Part shown: positions 27,801-40,853 of the stretch, in pieces
How the letters are laid out: each line of letters begins with the position of its first letter
Position numbering within the stretch: the first letter of the stretch is position 1
From: Eledone cirrhosa
Lineage: Eukaryota
DNA length: 64,000 nt
Direction: 5' to 3'
NCBI GenBank assembly: GCA_964016885.1
Contig: OZ024741.1
Span: 254,944,001-255,008,000, forward strand
Program-made: the position numbers and the translations under genes
The notes under the pieces: generated by a model
Databases searched by the model: none
What the model was told of the DNA's origin: nothing
The model's input: only the letters and a program-made list of their open reading frames with translations

Positions 27801-30800
27801 GTTTCGACTTACGAGTGTTTCGGCTTACGAGTGTTTCGACTTACTAATGTTTTTACTTACGAGTGTTTCGGCGTACGAGTGTTTCGACTTCCGAGTGTTT
27901 CGACTTACGGGTGTTTTGACTTTCGGGTGTTTCGGCTTACGAGTGTTTTGACTTACGAGTGTTTTGACTTAAGGGTGTTTCGACTTACGAGTATTTTTGG
28001 CTTACGAGTGTTTCGATTTACGAGTGTTTTGACTTACGAATGTTCTGATTTAAGGATGTTTCGACATACGAGTGTTTCGACATACGAGTGTTTCGACTTA
28101 TGAGTGTTTCGACTTACGAGTGTTTCGACTTACGAGTGTTTCGGCTTATGATTGTTTCGACTTACGAGTGTTTTGACTTACGGTGTTTCAGCTTACGAGT
28201 GTTTCGACTTACGAGTGTTTTGACTTACGGGTGTTTTGACATACGAGTGTTTCGATACGAGTGTTCTGACTTACGAGTGTTCTGACTTACGAGTGTTCCG
28301 ACTTACGAGTGTTCCGACTTACGAGTGTTTCGGCTTACGAGTGTTTCCGGCTTACGAGTGTTTCGACTTACGAGTGTTTTGACTTACGGTGTTTCGGCTT
28401 ACGAGTGATTCGACTTACGAGTGTTTTGACTTACGGGTGTTTTGACTTACGGGTGTTGTGAATTACGAGTGTTCCGATTTACGAGTGTTTTGACTTACGG
28501 TGTTTCGGCTTACGAGTGATTCGACTTACGAATGTTTTGACTTACGGGTGTTTCGGCTTGCGAGTGTTTCGACTTACGAGTGTTTCGGCTTATGAGTGTT
28601 TCGACTTACTAATGTTTTTACTTACGAGTGTTCTGACTTACGAGTGTTCCGACTTACGAGTGTTCCGACTTACGAGTGTTTCGGCTTACGAGTGTTTCCG
28701 GCTTACGAGTGTTTCGACTTACGAGTGTTTCGACTTACGAGTGTTTTGACTTACGGTGTTTCGACTTACGAGTGATTCGACTTACGAGTGGTTTGACTTA
28801 CGGGTGTTTTGACTTACGGGTGTTGTGAATTACGAGTGTTCCGATTTACGAGTGTTTTGACTTACGGTGTTTCGGCTTACGAGTGATTCGACTTACGAAT
28901 GTTTTGACTTACGGGTGTTTCGGCTTGCTAGTGTTTCGACTTACGAGTGTTTCGGCTTATGAGTGTTTCGACTTACTACTGTTTTTACTTACGAGTGTTT
29001 CGGCGTACGAGTGTTTTGACTTACGAGTGTTTCGAATTACGAGTGTTTTGACTTACGAATGTTTTGACATACGGGTGTTTCGACTTACGAGTGTTTCGAC
29101 TTACGAGTGTTTCGGCTTGCGAGTGTTTCGACTTACTAATGTTTTTACTTACGAGTTTTTCGGCGTACGAGTGTTTCGACTTACGAGTGTTTCGACTTAC
29201 GGGTGTTTTGACTTAAGGGTGTTTCGACTTACAAGTGCTTCGACATACGAGTGTTTCGACTTACGAGTGTTTCGACTTACGAGTGTTTTGACTTACGGGT
29301 GTTTTGACATACGAGTGTTTCGATACGAGTGTTTCGACTTACGAGTGTTCTGACTTACGAGTGTTCTGACTTACGAGTGTTCTGATTTACGAGTGGTCCG
29401 ACTTACGAGTGTTTCGGCTAACGAGTGTTTCGTCTTACGAGTGTTTCGACTTACGGGTGTTTTGACATACGAGTGTTTCGATACGAGTGTTTCGACTTAC
29501 GAGTGTTCTGACTTACGAGTGTTCTGACTTACGAGTGTTCTGATTTACGAGTGTTCCGACTTACGAGTGTTTCGGCTTACGAGTGTTTCGGCTTACGAGT
29601 GTTTCGACTTACGAGTGTTTCGACTTACGAGTGTTCCGACTTACGGGTGTTTCGACTTACGAGTGGTTTGGCTTACGGTGTTTCGGCTTACGAGTGTTTC
29701 GAGTTACGAGTGTTTTGACTTACGCGTGTTTTGACATACGAGTGTTTCGATACGAGTGTTCTGACTTACGAGTGTTCTGACTTACGAGTGTTCTGACTTA
29801 CGAGTGTTCCGACTTTACGAGTGTTTCGGCTCACGAGTGTTTCGGCTTACGAGTGATTCGACTTACGAGTGTTTTGACTTACGGGTGTTTCGGCTTGCGA
29901 GTGTTTCGACTTACGAGTGTTTCGGCTTATGAGTGTTTCGACTTACTAATGTTTTTACTTACGAGTGTTTCGGCGTTCGAGTGTTTTGACTTACGAGTGT
30001 TTCGACTTACGAGTGTTTCGACTTACGAGTGTTTTGACTTACGAATGTTTTGACTTACGGGTGTTTCGGCTTACGAGTGTTTCGACTTACGAGTCTTTCG
30101 GCTTACGAGTGTTTCGACTTACTAATGTTTTTACTTACGAGTGTTTCGGTGTACGAGTGTTTCGACTTACGGGTGTTTCGACTTACGGGTGTTTTGACTT
30201 ACGGGTGTTTCGGCTAACGAGTGTTTTGACTTACGAGTGTTTTGACTTAAGGGTGTTTCGACTTACGAGTATTTTTGGCTTACGAGTGTTTCGACTTACG
30301 AGTGTTTTGACTTACGAGTGTTCTGATTTACGGATGTTTCGACATACGAGTGTTTCGACTTACGAGTGTTTCGACTATGAGTGTTTCGACTTACGAGTGT
30401 TTCGACTTACGAGTGTTTCGGCTTACGAGTGTTTCGACTTACTAATGTTCTTACTTACGAGTGTTTCGGCGTACGAGAGTTTTGACTTACGAGTGTTTCG
30501 ACTTACGAGTGTTTCGACTTACGAGTGTTTTGACTTACGAAAGTTTTGACTTACGGGTGTTTCGGCTTACGAGTGTTTCGACTTACGAGTCTTTCGGCTT
30601 ACGAGTGTTTCGGCGTACGAGTGTTTCGACTTACGAGTGTTTCGACTTACGAGTGTTTTGACTTACGGGTGTTTTGACATACGAGTGTTTCGATACGAGT
30701 GTTTCGACTTACGAGTGTTCTGACTTACGAGTGTTCTGACTTACGAGTGTTCTGACTTACGAGTGTTCTGATTTACGAGTGTTCCGACTTACGAGTGTTT

Positions 30801-31038
30801 CAGCTTACGAGTGTTTCGGCTTACGAGTGTTTCGACTTACGGGTGTTTTGACTTACGGATGTTTCGGCTTACGAGTGTTTCGGCTTATGATTGTTTCGAC
30901 TTACGAGTGTTTTGACTTACGGTGTTTCAGCTTGCGAGTGTTTCGACTTACGAGTGATTTGACTTACGGGTCGTTTGACATACGAGTGTTTCGATACGAG
31001 TGTTCTGACTTACGAGTGTTCTGACTTACGAGTGTTTT
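24831..31038. repeat. Higher-order block B, copy 1 (6,208 bp)
   Basis: B-specific markers (ccgaataacg, ggcttataag, caacatacg, gagtggtccg) and the ORF set 25111-30779 recur at +16,023 and +28,524. Confidence 0.9.
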
Positions 31039-33809
31039 GACTTACGAGTGTTCTGACTTACGAGTGTTCCGACTTACGAGTGTTCCGACTTACGAGTGTT
31101 TCGGCTTACGAGTGTTTCCGGCTTACGAGTGTTTCGACTTACGAGTGTTTTGACCTACGGTGTTTCGGCTTACGAGTGATTCGACTTACGAGTGTTTTGA
31201 CTTACGGGTGTTTTGACTTACGGGTGTTGTGAATTACGAGTGTTCCGATTTACGAGTGTTTTGACTTACGGTGTTTCGGCTTACGAGTGATTCGACTTAC
31301 GAATGTTTTGACTTACGGGTGTTTCGGCTTGCGAGTGTTTCGACTTACGAATGTTTCGGCTTATGAGTGTTTCGACTTACTAATGTTTTTACTTACGAGT
31401 GTTCTGACTTACGAGTGTTCCGACTTACGAGTGTTCCGACTTACGAGTGTTTCGGCTTACGAGTGTTTCCGGCTTACGAGTGTTTCGACTTACGAGTGTT
31501 TCGACTTACGAGTGTTTTGACTTACGGTGTTTCGACTTACGAGTGATTCGACTTACGGGTGTTTTGACTTTCGGGTGTTTCGGCTTACGAGTGTTTTGAC
31601 TTAAGGGTTTCGACTTACGAGTATTTTTGGCTTACGAGTGTTTCGACTTACGAGTGTTTTGACTTACGAGTGTTCTGATTTAATGATGTTTCGACATACG
31701 AGTGTTTCGACTTACGAGTGTTTCGACTTATGAGTGTCTCGACTTACGAGTGTTTCGACTTACGAGTGTTTCGGCTTATGATTGTTTCGACTTACGAGTG
31801 TTTTGACTTACGGGTGTTTTGACATACGAGTGTTTCGATACGAGTGTTCTGACTTACGAGTGTTCTGACTTACGAGTGTTCCGACTTACGAGTGTTCCGA
31901 CTTACGAGTGTTTCGGCTTACGAGTGTTTCCGGCTTACGAGTGTTTCGACTTACGAGTGTTTTGACTTACGGTGTTTCGGCTTACGAGTGATTCGACTTA
32001 CGAGTGTTTTGACTTACGGGTGTTTTGACTTACGGGTGTTGTGAATTACGAGTGTTCCGATTTACGAGTGTTTTGACTTACGGTGTTTCGGCTTACGAGT
32101 GATTCGACTTACGAATGTTTTGACTTACGGGTGTTTCGGCTTGCGAGTGTTTCGGCTTGCGGGTGTTTCGACTTACTAATGTTTTTACTTACGAGTTTTT
32201 CGGCGTACGAGTGTTTCGACTTACGAGTGTTTCGACTTACGGGTGTTTTGACTTAAGGGTGTTTCGACTTACAAGTGTTTCGACATACGAGTGTTCTGAC
32301 TTACGAGTGTTCTGACTTACGAGTGTTCTGATTTACGAGTGTTCCGAATTACGAGTGTTTCGGCTAACGAGTGTTTCGGCTTACGAGTGTTTCGACTTAC
32401 GGGTGTTTTGACATACGAGTGTTTCGATACGAGTGTTTCGACTTACGAGTGTTCTGACTTACGAGTGTTCTGACTTACGAGTGTTCTGATTTACGAGTGT
32501 TCCGACTTACGAGTGTTTCGGCTTACGAGTGTTTCGGCTTACGAGTGTTTCGACTTACGAGTGTTTCGACTTACGAGTGTTCCGACTTACGGGTGTTTCG
32601 ACTTACGAGTGGTTTGGCTTACGGTGTTTCGGCTTACGAGTGTTTCGAGTTACGAGTGTTTTGACTTACGCGTGTTTTGACATACGAGTGTTTCGATACG
32701 AGTGTTCTGACTTACGAGTGTTCTGACTTACGAGTGTTCTGACTTACGAGTGTTCCGACTTTACGAGTGTTTCGGCTCACGAGTGTTTCGGCTTACGAGT
32801 GATTCGACTTACGAGTGTTTTGACTTACGGGTGTTTTGTCTTACGGGTGATGTGAATTACCAGTGTTCCGATTTACGAGTGTTTTGACTTACGGTGTTTC
32901 GGCTTGCGAGTGTTTCGACTTACGAGTGTTTCGGCTTATGAGTGTTTCGACTTACTAATGTTTTTACTTACGAGTGTTTCGGCGTTCGAGTGTTTTAACT
33001 TACGAGTGTTTCGACTTACGAGTGTTTTGACTTACGAATGTTTTGACTTACGGGTGTTTCGGCTTACGGGTGTTTCGACTTACGAGTGTTTCGACTTATG
33101 AGTGTTTCGACTTACGAGTGTTCTGACTTACGAGTGTTCCGACTTACGAGTGTTTCGGTTTACGAGTGTTTCGACATACGAGTGTTTTGACTTACGGGCG
33201 TTTCGACTTACGGGTGTTTCGACTTACGAGTGTTTCGGCTTACGAGTGTTTCGACTTACTAATGTTTTTACTTACGAGTGTTTCGGTGTACGAATGTTTT
33301 GACTTAAGGATGTTTCGACTTACGAGTGTTTCGACTTACGAGTGTTTCGGCTTACGTGAGTTTCGACTTAAGAGTGTTCTGATTTACGAGTGTTCTGACT
33401 TGCGGGTGTTCTGATTTACGAGTGTTCCGACTTACGAATGTTTCGGCTTACGAGTGTTTCGACATACGAGTGTTTTGACTTACGGGTGTTTCGACTTACG
33501 AGTGTTTTGACTTACGAATGTTTTGACTTACGGGTGATTCGGCTTACGAGTGTTTCGACTTACGAGTGTTTCGGCTTACGAGTGTTTTGACTTACGAGTG
33601 TTCTGATTTACGGATGTTTCGACATACGAGTGTTTCGACTTACGAGTGTTTCGACTTATGAGTGTTTCGACTTACGAGTGTTTCGGCTTACGAGTGTTTC
33701 GACTTACGAGTGTTTTGACTTACGGTGTTTCGGCTTACGAGTGTTCCGACTTACGAGTGTTTTGACCTACGGGTGTTTTGACATACGAGTGTTTCGATAC
33801 GAGTGTTCT
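31039..33809. repeat. Internally deleted unit A' (2,771 bp), copy 1
   Basis: Offset to the first A falls from 13,268 (18019/31287) to 12,854 (19675/32529) to 12,501 (21129/33630), a total loss of 767 bp. Confidence 0.88.
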
Positions 33810-36800
33810 GACTTACGAGTGTTCTGACTTACGAGTGTTCCGACTTACGAGTGTTCCGACTTACGAGTGTTTCGGCTTACGAGTGTTTCCGGCTTACGAG
33901 TGTTTCGACTTACGAGTGTTTTGACCTACGGTGTTTCGGCTTACGAGTGATTCGACTTACGAGTGTTTTGACTTACGGGTGTTTTGACTTACGGGTGTTG
34001 TGAATTACGAGTGTTCCGATTTACGAGTGTTTTGACTTACGGTGTTTCGGCTTACGAGTGATTCGACTTACGAATGTTTTGACTTACGGGTGTTTCGGCT
34101 TGCGAGTGTTTCGACTTACGAATGTTTCGGCTTATGAGTGTTTCGACTTACTAATGTTTTTACTTACGAGTGTTCTGACTTACGAGTGTTCCGACTTACG
34201 AGTGTTCCGACTTACGAGTGTTTCGGCTTACGAGTGTTTCCGGCTTACGAGTGTTTCGACTTACGAGTGTTTCGACTTACGAGTGTTTTGACTTACAGTG
34301 TTTCGACTTACGAGTGATTCGACTTACGGGTGTTTTGACTTTCGGGTGTTTCGGCTTACGAGTGTTTTGACTTAAGGGTGTTTCGACTTACGAGTATTTT
34401 TGGCTTACGAGTGTTTCGACTTACGAGTGTTTTGACTTACGAGTGTTCTGATTTAAGGATGTTTCGACATACGAGTGTTTCGACTTACGAGTGTTTCGAC
34501 TTATGAGTGTCTCGACTTACGAGTGTTTCGACTTACGAGTGTTTCGGCTTATGATTGTTTCGACTTACGAGTGTTTTGACTTACGGTGTTTCAGCTTACG
34601 AGTGTTTCGACTTACGAGTGTTTTGACTTACGGGTGTTTTGACATACGAGTGTTTCGATACGAGTGTTCTGACTTACGAGTGTTCTGACTTACGAGTGTT
34701 CCGACTTACGAGTGTTCCGACTTACGAGTGTTTCGGCTTACGAGTGTTTCCGGCTTACGAGTGTTTCGACTTACGAGTGTTTTGACTTACGGTGTTTCGG
34801 CTTACGAGTGATTCGACTTACGAGTGTTTTGACTTACGGGTGTTTTGACTTACGGGTGTTGTGAATTACGAGTGTTCCGATTTACGAGTGTTTTGACTTA
34901 CGGTGTTTCGGCTTACGAGTGATTCGACTTACGAATGTTTTGACTTACGGGTGTTTCGGCTTGCGAGTGTTTCGACTTACGAGTGTTTCGGCTTATGAGT
35001 GTTTCGACTTACTAATGTTTTTACTTACGAGTGTTCTGACTTACGAGTGTTCCGACTTACGAGTGTTCCGACTTACGAGTGTTTCGGCTTACGAGTGTTT
35101 CCGGCTTACGAGTGTTTCGACTTACGAGTGTTTCGACTTACGAGTGTTTTGACTTACGGTGTTTCGACTTACGAGTGATTCGACTTACGAGTGGTTTGAC
35201 TTACGGGTGTTTTGACTTACGGGTGTTGTGAATTACGAGTGTTCCGATTTACGAGTGTTTTGACTTACGGTGTTTCGGCTTACGAGTGATTCGACATACG
35301 AGTGTTTCGATACGAGTGTTTCGACTTACGAGTATTTCGGCTTGCGGGTGTTTCGACTTACTAATGTATTTACTTACGAGTTTTTCGGCGTACGAGTGTT
35401 TCGACTTACGAGTGTTTCGACTTACGGGTGTTTTGACTTAAGGGTGTTTCGACTTACAAGTGTTTCGACATACGAGTGTTCTGACTTACGAGTGTTCTGA
35501 CTTACGAGTGTTCTGATTTACGAGTGTTCCGACTTACGAGTGTTTCGGCTAACGAGTGTTTCGGCTTACGAGTGTTTCGACTTACGGGTGTTTTGACATA
35601 CGAGTGTTTCGATACGAGTGTTTCGACTTACGAGTGTTCTGACTTACGAGTGTTCTGACTTACGAGTGTTCTGATTTACGAGTGTTCCGACTTACGAGTG
35701 TTTCGGCTTACGAGTGTTTCGGCTTACGAGTGTTTCGACTTACGAGTGTTTCGACTTACGAGTGTTCCGACTTACGGGTGTTTCGACTTACGAGTGGTTT
35801 GGCTTACGGTGTTTCGGCTTACGAGTGTTTCGAGTTACGAGTGTTTTGACTTACGCGTGTTTTGACATACGAGTGTTTCGATACGAGTGTTCTGACTTAC
35901 GAGTGTTCTGACTTACGAGTGTTCTGACTTACGAGTGTTCCGACTTTACGAGTGTTTCGGCTTACGAGTGATTCGACTTACGAGTGTTTTGACTTACGGG
36001 TGTTTTGACTTACGGGTGATGTGAATTACCAGTGTTCCGATTTACGAGTGTTTTGACTTACGGTGTTTCGGCTTGCGAGTGTTTCGACTTACGAGTGTTT
36101 CGGCTTATGAGTGTTTCGACTTACTAATGTTTTTACTTACGAGTGTTTCGGCGTTCGAGTGTTTTGACTTACGAGTGTTTCGACTTACGAGTGTTTTGAC
36201 TTACGAATGTTTTGACTTACGGGTGTTTCGGCTTACGGGTGTTTCGACTTACGAGTGTTTCGACTTATGAGTGTTTCGACTTACGAGTGTTCTGACTTAC
36301 GAGTGTTCCGACTTACGAGTGTTTCGGTTTACGAGTGTTTCGACATACGAGTGTTTTGACTTACGGGCGTTTCGACTTACGGGTGTTTCGACTTACGAGT
36401 GTTTCGGCTTACGAGTGTTTCGACTTACTAATGTTTTTACTTACGAGTGTTTCGGTGTACGAATGTTTTGACTTAAGGATGTTTCGACTTACGAGTGTTT
36501 CGACTTACGAGTGTTTCGGCTTACGTGAGTTTCGACTTAAGAGTGTTCTGATTTACGAGTGTTCTGACTTGCGGGTGTTCTGATTTACGAGTGTTCCGAC
36601 TTACGAATGTTTCGGCTTACGAGTGTTTCGACATACGAGTGTTTTGACTTACGGGTGTTTCGACTTACGAGTGTTTTGACTTACGAATGTTTTGACTTAC
36701 GGGTGATTCGGCTTACGAGTGTTTCGACTTACGAGTGTTTCGGCTTACGAGTGTTTCGACTTACTAATGTTTTTACTTACGAGTGTTTCGGCGTACGAGA

Positions 36801-39800
36801 GTTATGACTTACGAGTGTTTCGACTTACGAGTGTTTTGACTTACGAATGTTTTGACTTACGGGTGTTTCGGCTTATGAGTGTTTCGACTTACGAGTCTTT
36901 CGGCTTACGAGTGTTTCGACTTACTAATGTTTTTACTTACGAGTGTTTCGGCGTACGAGTGTTTCGACTTACGAGTGTTTCGACTTACGGGTGTTTTGAC
37001 TTACGGGTGTTTCGGCTTACGAGTGTTTCGACTTACGAGTATTTTGACTTAAGGGTGTTTCGACTTACGAGTATTTTTGGCTTACGAGTGTTTCGACTTA
37101 CGAGTGTTTTGACTTACGAGTGTTCTGATTTACGGATGTTTCGACATACGAGTGTTTCGACTTACGAGTGTTTCGACTTATGAGTGTTTCGACTTACGAG
37201 TGTTTCGGCTTACGAGTGTTTCGACTTACGAGTGTTTTGACTTACGGTGTTTCGGCTTACGAGTGTTCCGACTTACGAGTGTTTTGACCTACGGGTGTTT
37301 TGACATACGAGTGTTTCGATACGAGTGTTCTGACTTACGAGTGTTCTGACTTACGAGTGTTCCGACTTACGAGTGTTCCGACTTACGAGTGTTTCGGCTT
37401 ACGAGTGTTTCCGGCTTACGAGTGTTTCGACTTACGAGTGTTTTGACCTACGGTGTTTCGGCTTACGAGTGATTCGACTTACGAGTGTTTTGACTTACGG
37501 GTGTTTTGACTTACGGGTGTTGTGAATTACGAGTGTTCCGATTTACGAGTGTTTTGACTTACGGTGTTTCGGCTTACGAGTGATTCGACTTACGAATGTT
37601 TTGACTTACGGGTGTTTCGGCTTGCGAGTGTTTCGACTTATGAATGTTTCGGCTTATGAGTGTTTCGACTTACTAATGTTTTTACTTACGAGTGTTCTGA
37701 CTTACGAGTGTTCCGACTTACGAGTGTTCCGACTTACGAGTGTTTCGGCTTACGAGTGTTTCCGGCTTACGAGTGTTTCGACTTACGAGTGTTTCGACTT
37801 ACGAGTGTTTTGACTTACAGTGTTTCGACTTACGAGTGATTCGACTTACGGGTGTTTTGACTTTCGGGTGTTTCGGCTTACGAGTGTTTTGACTTAAGGG
37901 TGTTTCGACTTACGAGTATTTTTGGCTTACGAGTGTTTCGACTTACGAGTGTTTTGACTTACGAGTGTTCTGATTTAAGGATGTTTCGACATACGAGTGT
38001 TTCGACTTACGAGTGTTTCGACTTATGAGTGTCTCGACTTACGAGTGTTTCGACTTACGAGTGTTTCGGCTTATGATTGTTTCGACTTACGAGTGTTTTG
38101 ACTTACGGTGTTTCAGCTTACGAGTGTTTCGACTTACGAGTGTTTTGACTTACGGGTGTTTTGACATACGAGTGTTTCGATACGAGTGTTCTGACTTACG
38201 AGTGTTCTGACTTACGAGTGTTCCGACTTACGAGTGTTCCGACTTACGAGTGTTTCGGCTTACGAGTGTTTCCGGCTTACGAGTGTTTCGACTTACGAGT
38301 GTTTTGACTTACGGTGTTTCGGCTTACGAGTGATTCGACTTACGAGTGTTTTGACTTACGGGTGTTTTGACTTACGGGTGTTGTGAATTACGAGTGTTCC
38401 GATTTACGAGTGTTTTGACTTACGGTGTTTCGGCTTACGAGTGATTCGACTTACGAATGTTTTGACTTACGGGTGTTTCGGCTTGCGAGTGTTTCGACTT
38501 ACGAGTGTTTCGGCTTATGAGTGTTTCGACTTACTAATGTTTTTACTTACGAGTGTTCTGACTTACGAGTGTTCCGACTTACGAGTGTTCCGACTTACGA
38601 GTGTTTCGGCTTACGAGTGTTTCCGGCTTACGAGTGTTTCGACTTACGAGTGTTTCGACTTACGAGTGTTTTGACTTACGGTGTTTCGACTTACGAGTGA
38701 TTCGACTTACGAGTGGTTTGACTTACGGGTGTTTTGACTTACGGGTGTTGTGAATTACGAGTGTTCCGATTTACGAGTGTTTTGACTTACGGTGTTTCGG
38801 CTTACGAGTGATTCGACATACGAGTGTTTCGATACGAGTGTTTCGACTTACGAGTATTTCGGCTTGCGGGTGTTTCGACTTACTAATGTATTTACTTACG
38901 AGTTTTTCGGCGTACGAGTGTTTCGACTTACGAGTGTTTCGACTTACGGGTGTTTTGACTTAAGGGTGTTTCGACTTACAAGTGTTTCGACATACGAGTG
39001 TTCTGACTTACGAGTGTTCTGACTTACGAGTGTTCTGATTTACGAGTGTTCCGACTTACGAGTGTTTCGGCTAACGAGTGTTTCGGCTTACGAGTGTTTC
39101 GACTTACGGGTGTTTTGACATACGAGTGTTTCGATACGAGTGTTTCGACTTACGAGTGTTCTGACTTACGAGTGTTCTGACTTACGAGTGTTCTGATTTA
39201 CGAGTGTTCCGACTTACGAGTGTTTCGGCTTACGAGTGTTTCGGCTTACGAGTGTTTCGACTTACGAGTGTTTCGACTTACGAGTGTTCCGACTTACGGG
39301 TGTTTCGACTTACGAGTGGTTTGGCTTACGGTGTTTCGGCTTACGAGTGTTTCGAGTTACGAGTGTTTTGACTTACGCGTGTTTTGACATACGAGTGTTT
39401 CGATACGAGTGTTCTGACTTACGAGTGTTCTGACTTACGAGTGTTCTGACTTACGAGTGTTCCGACTTTACGAGTGTTTCGGCTTACGAGTGATTCGACT
39501 TACGAGTGTTTTGACTTACGGGTGTTTTGACTTACGGGTGATGTGAATTACCAGTGTTCCGATTTACGAGTGTTTTGACTTACGGTGTTTCGGCTTGCGA
39601 GTGTTTCGACTTACGAGTGTTTCGGCTTATGAGTGTTTCGACTTACTAATGTTTTTACTTACGAGTGTTTCGGCGTTCGAGTGTTTTGACTTACGAGTCT
39701 TTCGACTTACGAGTGTTTTGACTTACGAATGTTTTGACTTACGGGTGTTTCGGCTTACGGGTGTTTCGACTTACGAGTGTTTCGACTTATGAGTGTTTCG

Positions 39801-40853
39801 ACTTACGAGTGTTCTGACTTACGAGTGTTCCGACTTACGAGTGTTTCGGTTTACGAGTGTTTCGACATACGAGTGTTTTGACTTACGGGCGTTTCGACTT
39901 ACGGGTGTTTCGACTTACGAGTGTTTCGGCTTACGAGTGTTTCGACTTACTAATGTTTTTACTTACGAGTGTTTCGGTGTACGAATGTTTTGACTTAAGG
40001 ATGTTTCGACTTACGAGTGTTTCGACTTACGAGTGTTTCGGCTTACGTGAGTTTCGACTTAAGAGTGTTCTGATTTACGAGTGTTCTGACTTGCGGGTGT
40101 TCTGATTTACGAGTGTTCCGACTTACGAATGTTTCGGCTTACGAGTGTTTCGACATACGAGTGTTTTGACTTACGGGTGTTTCGACTTACGAGTGTTTTG
40201 ACTTACGAATGTTTTGACTTACGGGTGATTCGGCTTACGAGTGTTTCGACTTACGAGTGTTTCGGCTTACGAGTGTTTCGACTTACTAATGTTTTTACTT
40301 ACGAGTGTTTCGGCGTACGAGAGTTATGACTTACGAGTGTTTCGACTTACGAGTGTTTTGACTTACGAATGTTTTGACTTACGGGTGTTTCGGCTTATGA
40401 GTGTTTCGACTTACGAGTCTTTCGGCTTACGAGTGTTTCGACTTACTAATGTTTTTACTTACGAGTGTTTCGGCGTACGAGTGTTTCGACTTACGAGTGT
40501 TTCGACTTACGGGTGTTTTGACTTACGGGTGTTTCGGCTTACGAGTGTTTCGACTTACGAGTATTTTGACTTAAGGGTGTTTCGACTTACGAGTATTTTT
40601 GGCTTACGAGTGTTTCGACTTACGAGTGTTTTGACTTACGAGTGTTCTGATTTACGGATGTTTCGACATACGAGTGTTTCGACTTACGAGTGTTTCGACT
40701 TATGAGTGTTTCGACTTACGAGTGTTTCGGCTTACGAGTGTTTCGACTTACGAGTGTTTTGACTTACGGTGTTTCGGCTTACGAGTGTTCCGACTTACGA
40801 GTGTTTTGACCTACGTGTGTTTTGACATACGAGTGTTTCGATACGAGTGTTCT
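33810..40853. repeat. Two tandem copies of unit A (3,522 bp each)
   Basis: ORF offset 3,522: 34491/38013, 35270/38792, 36719/40241. Confidence 0.92.
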
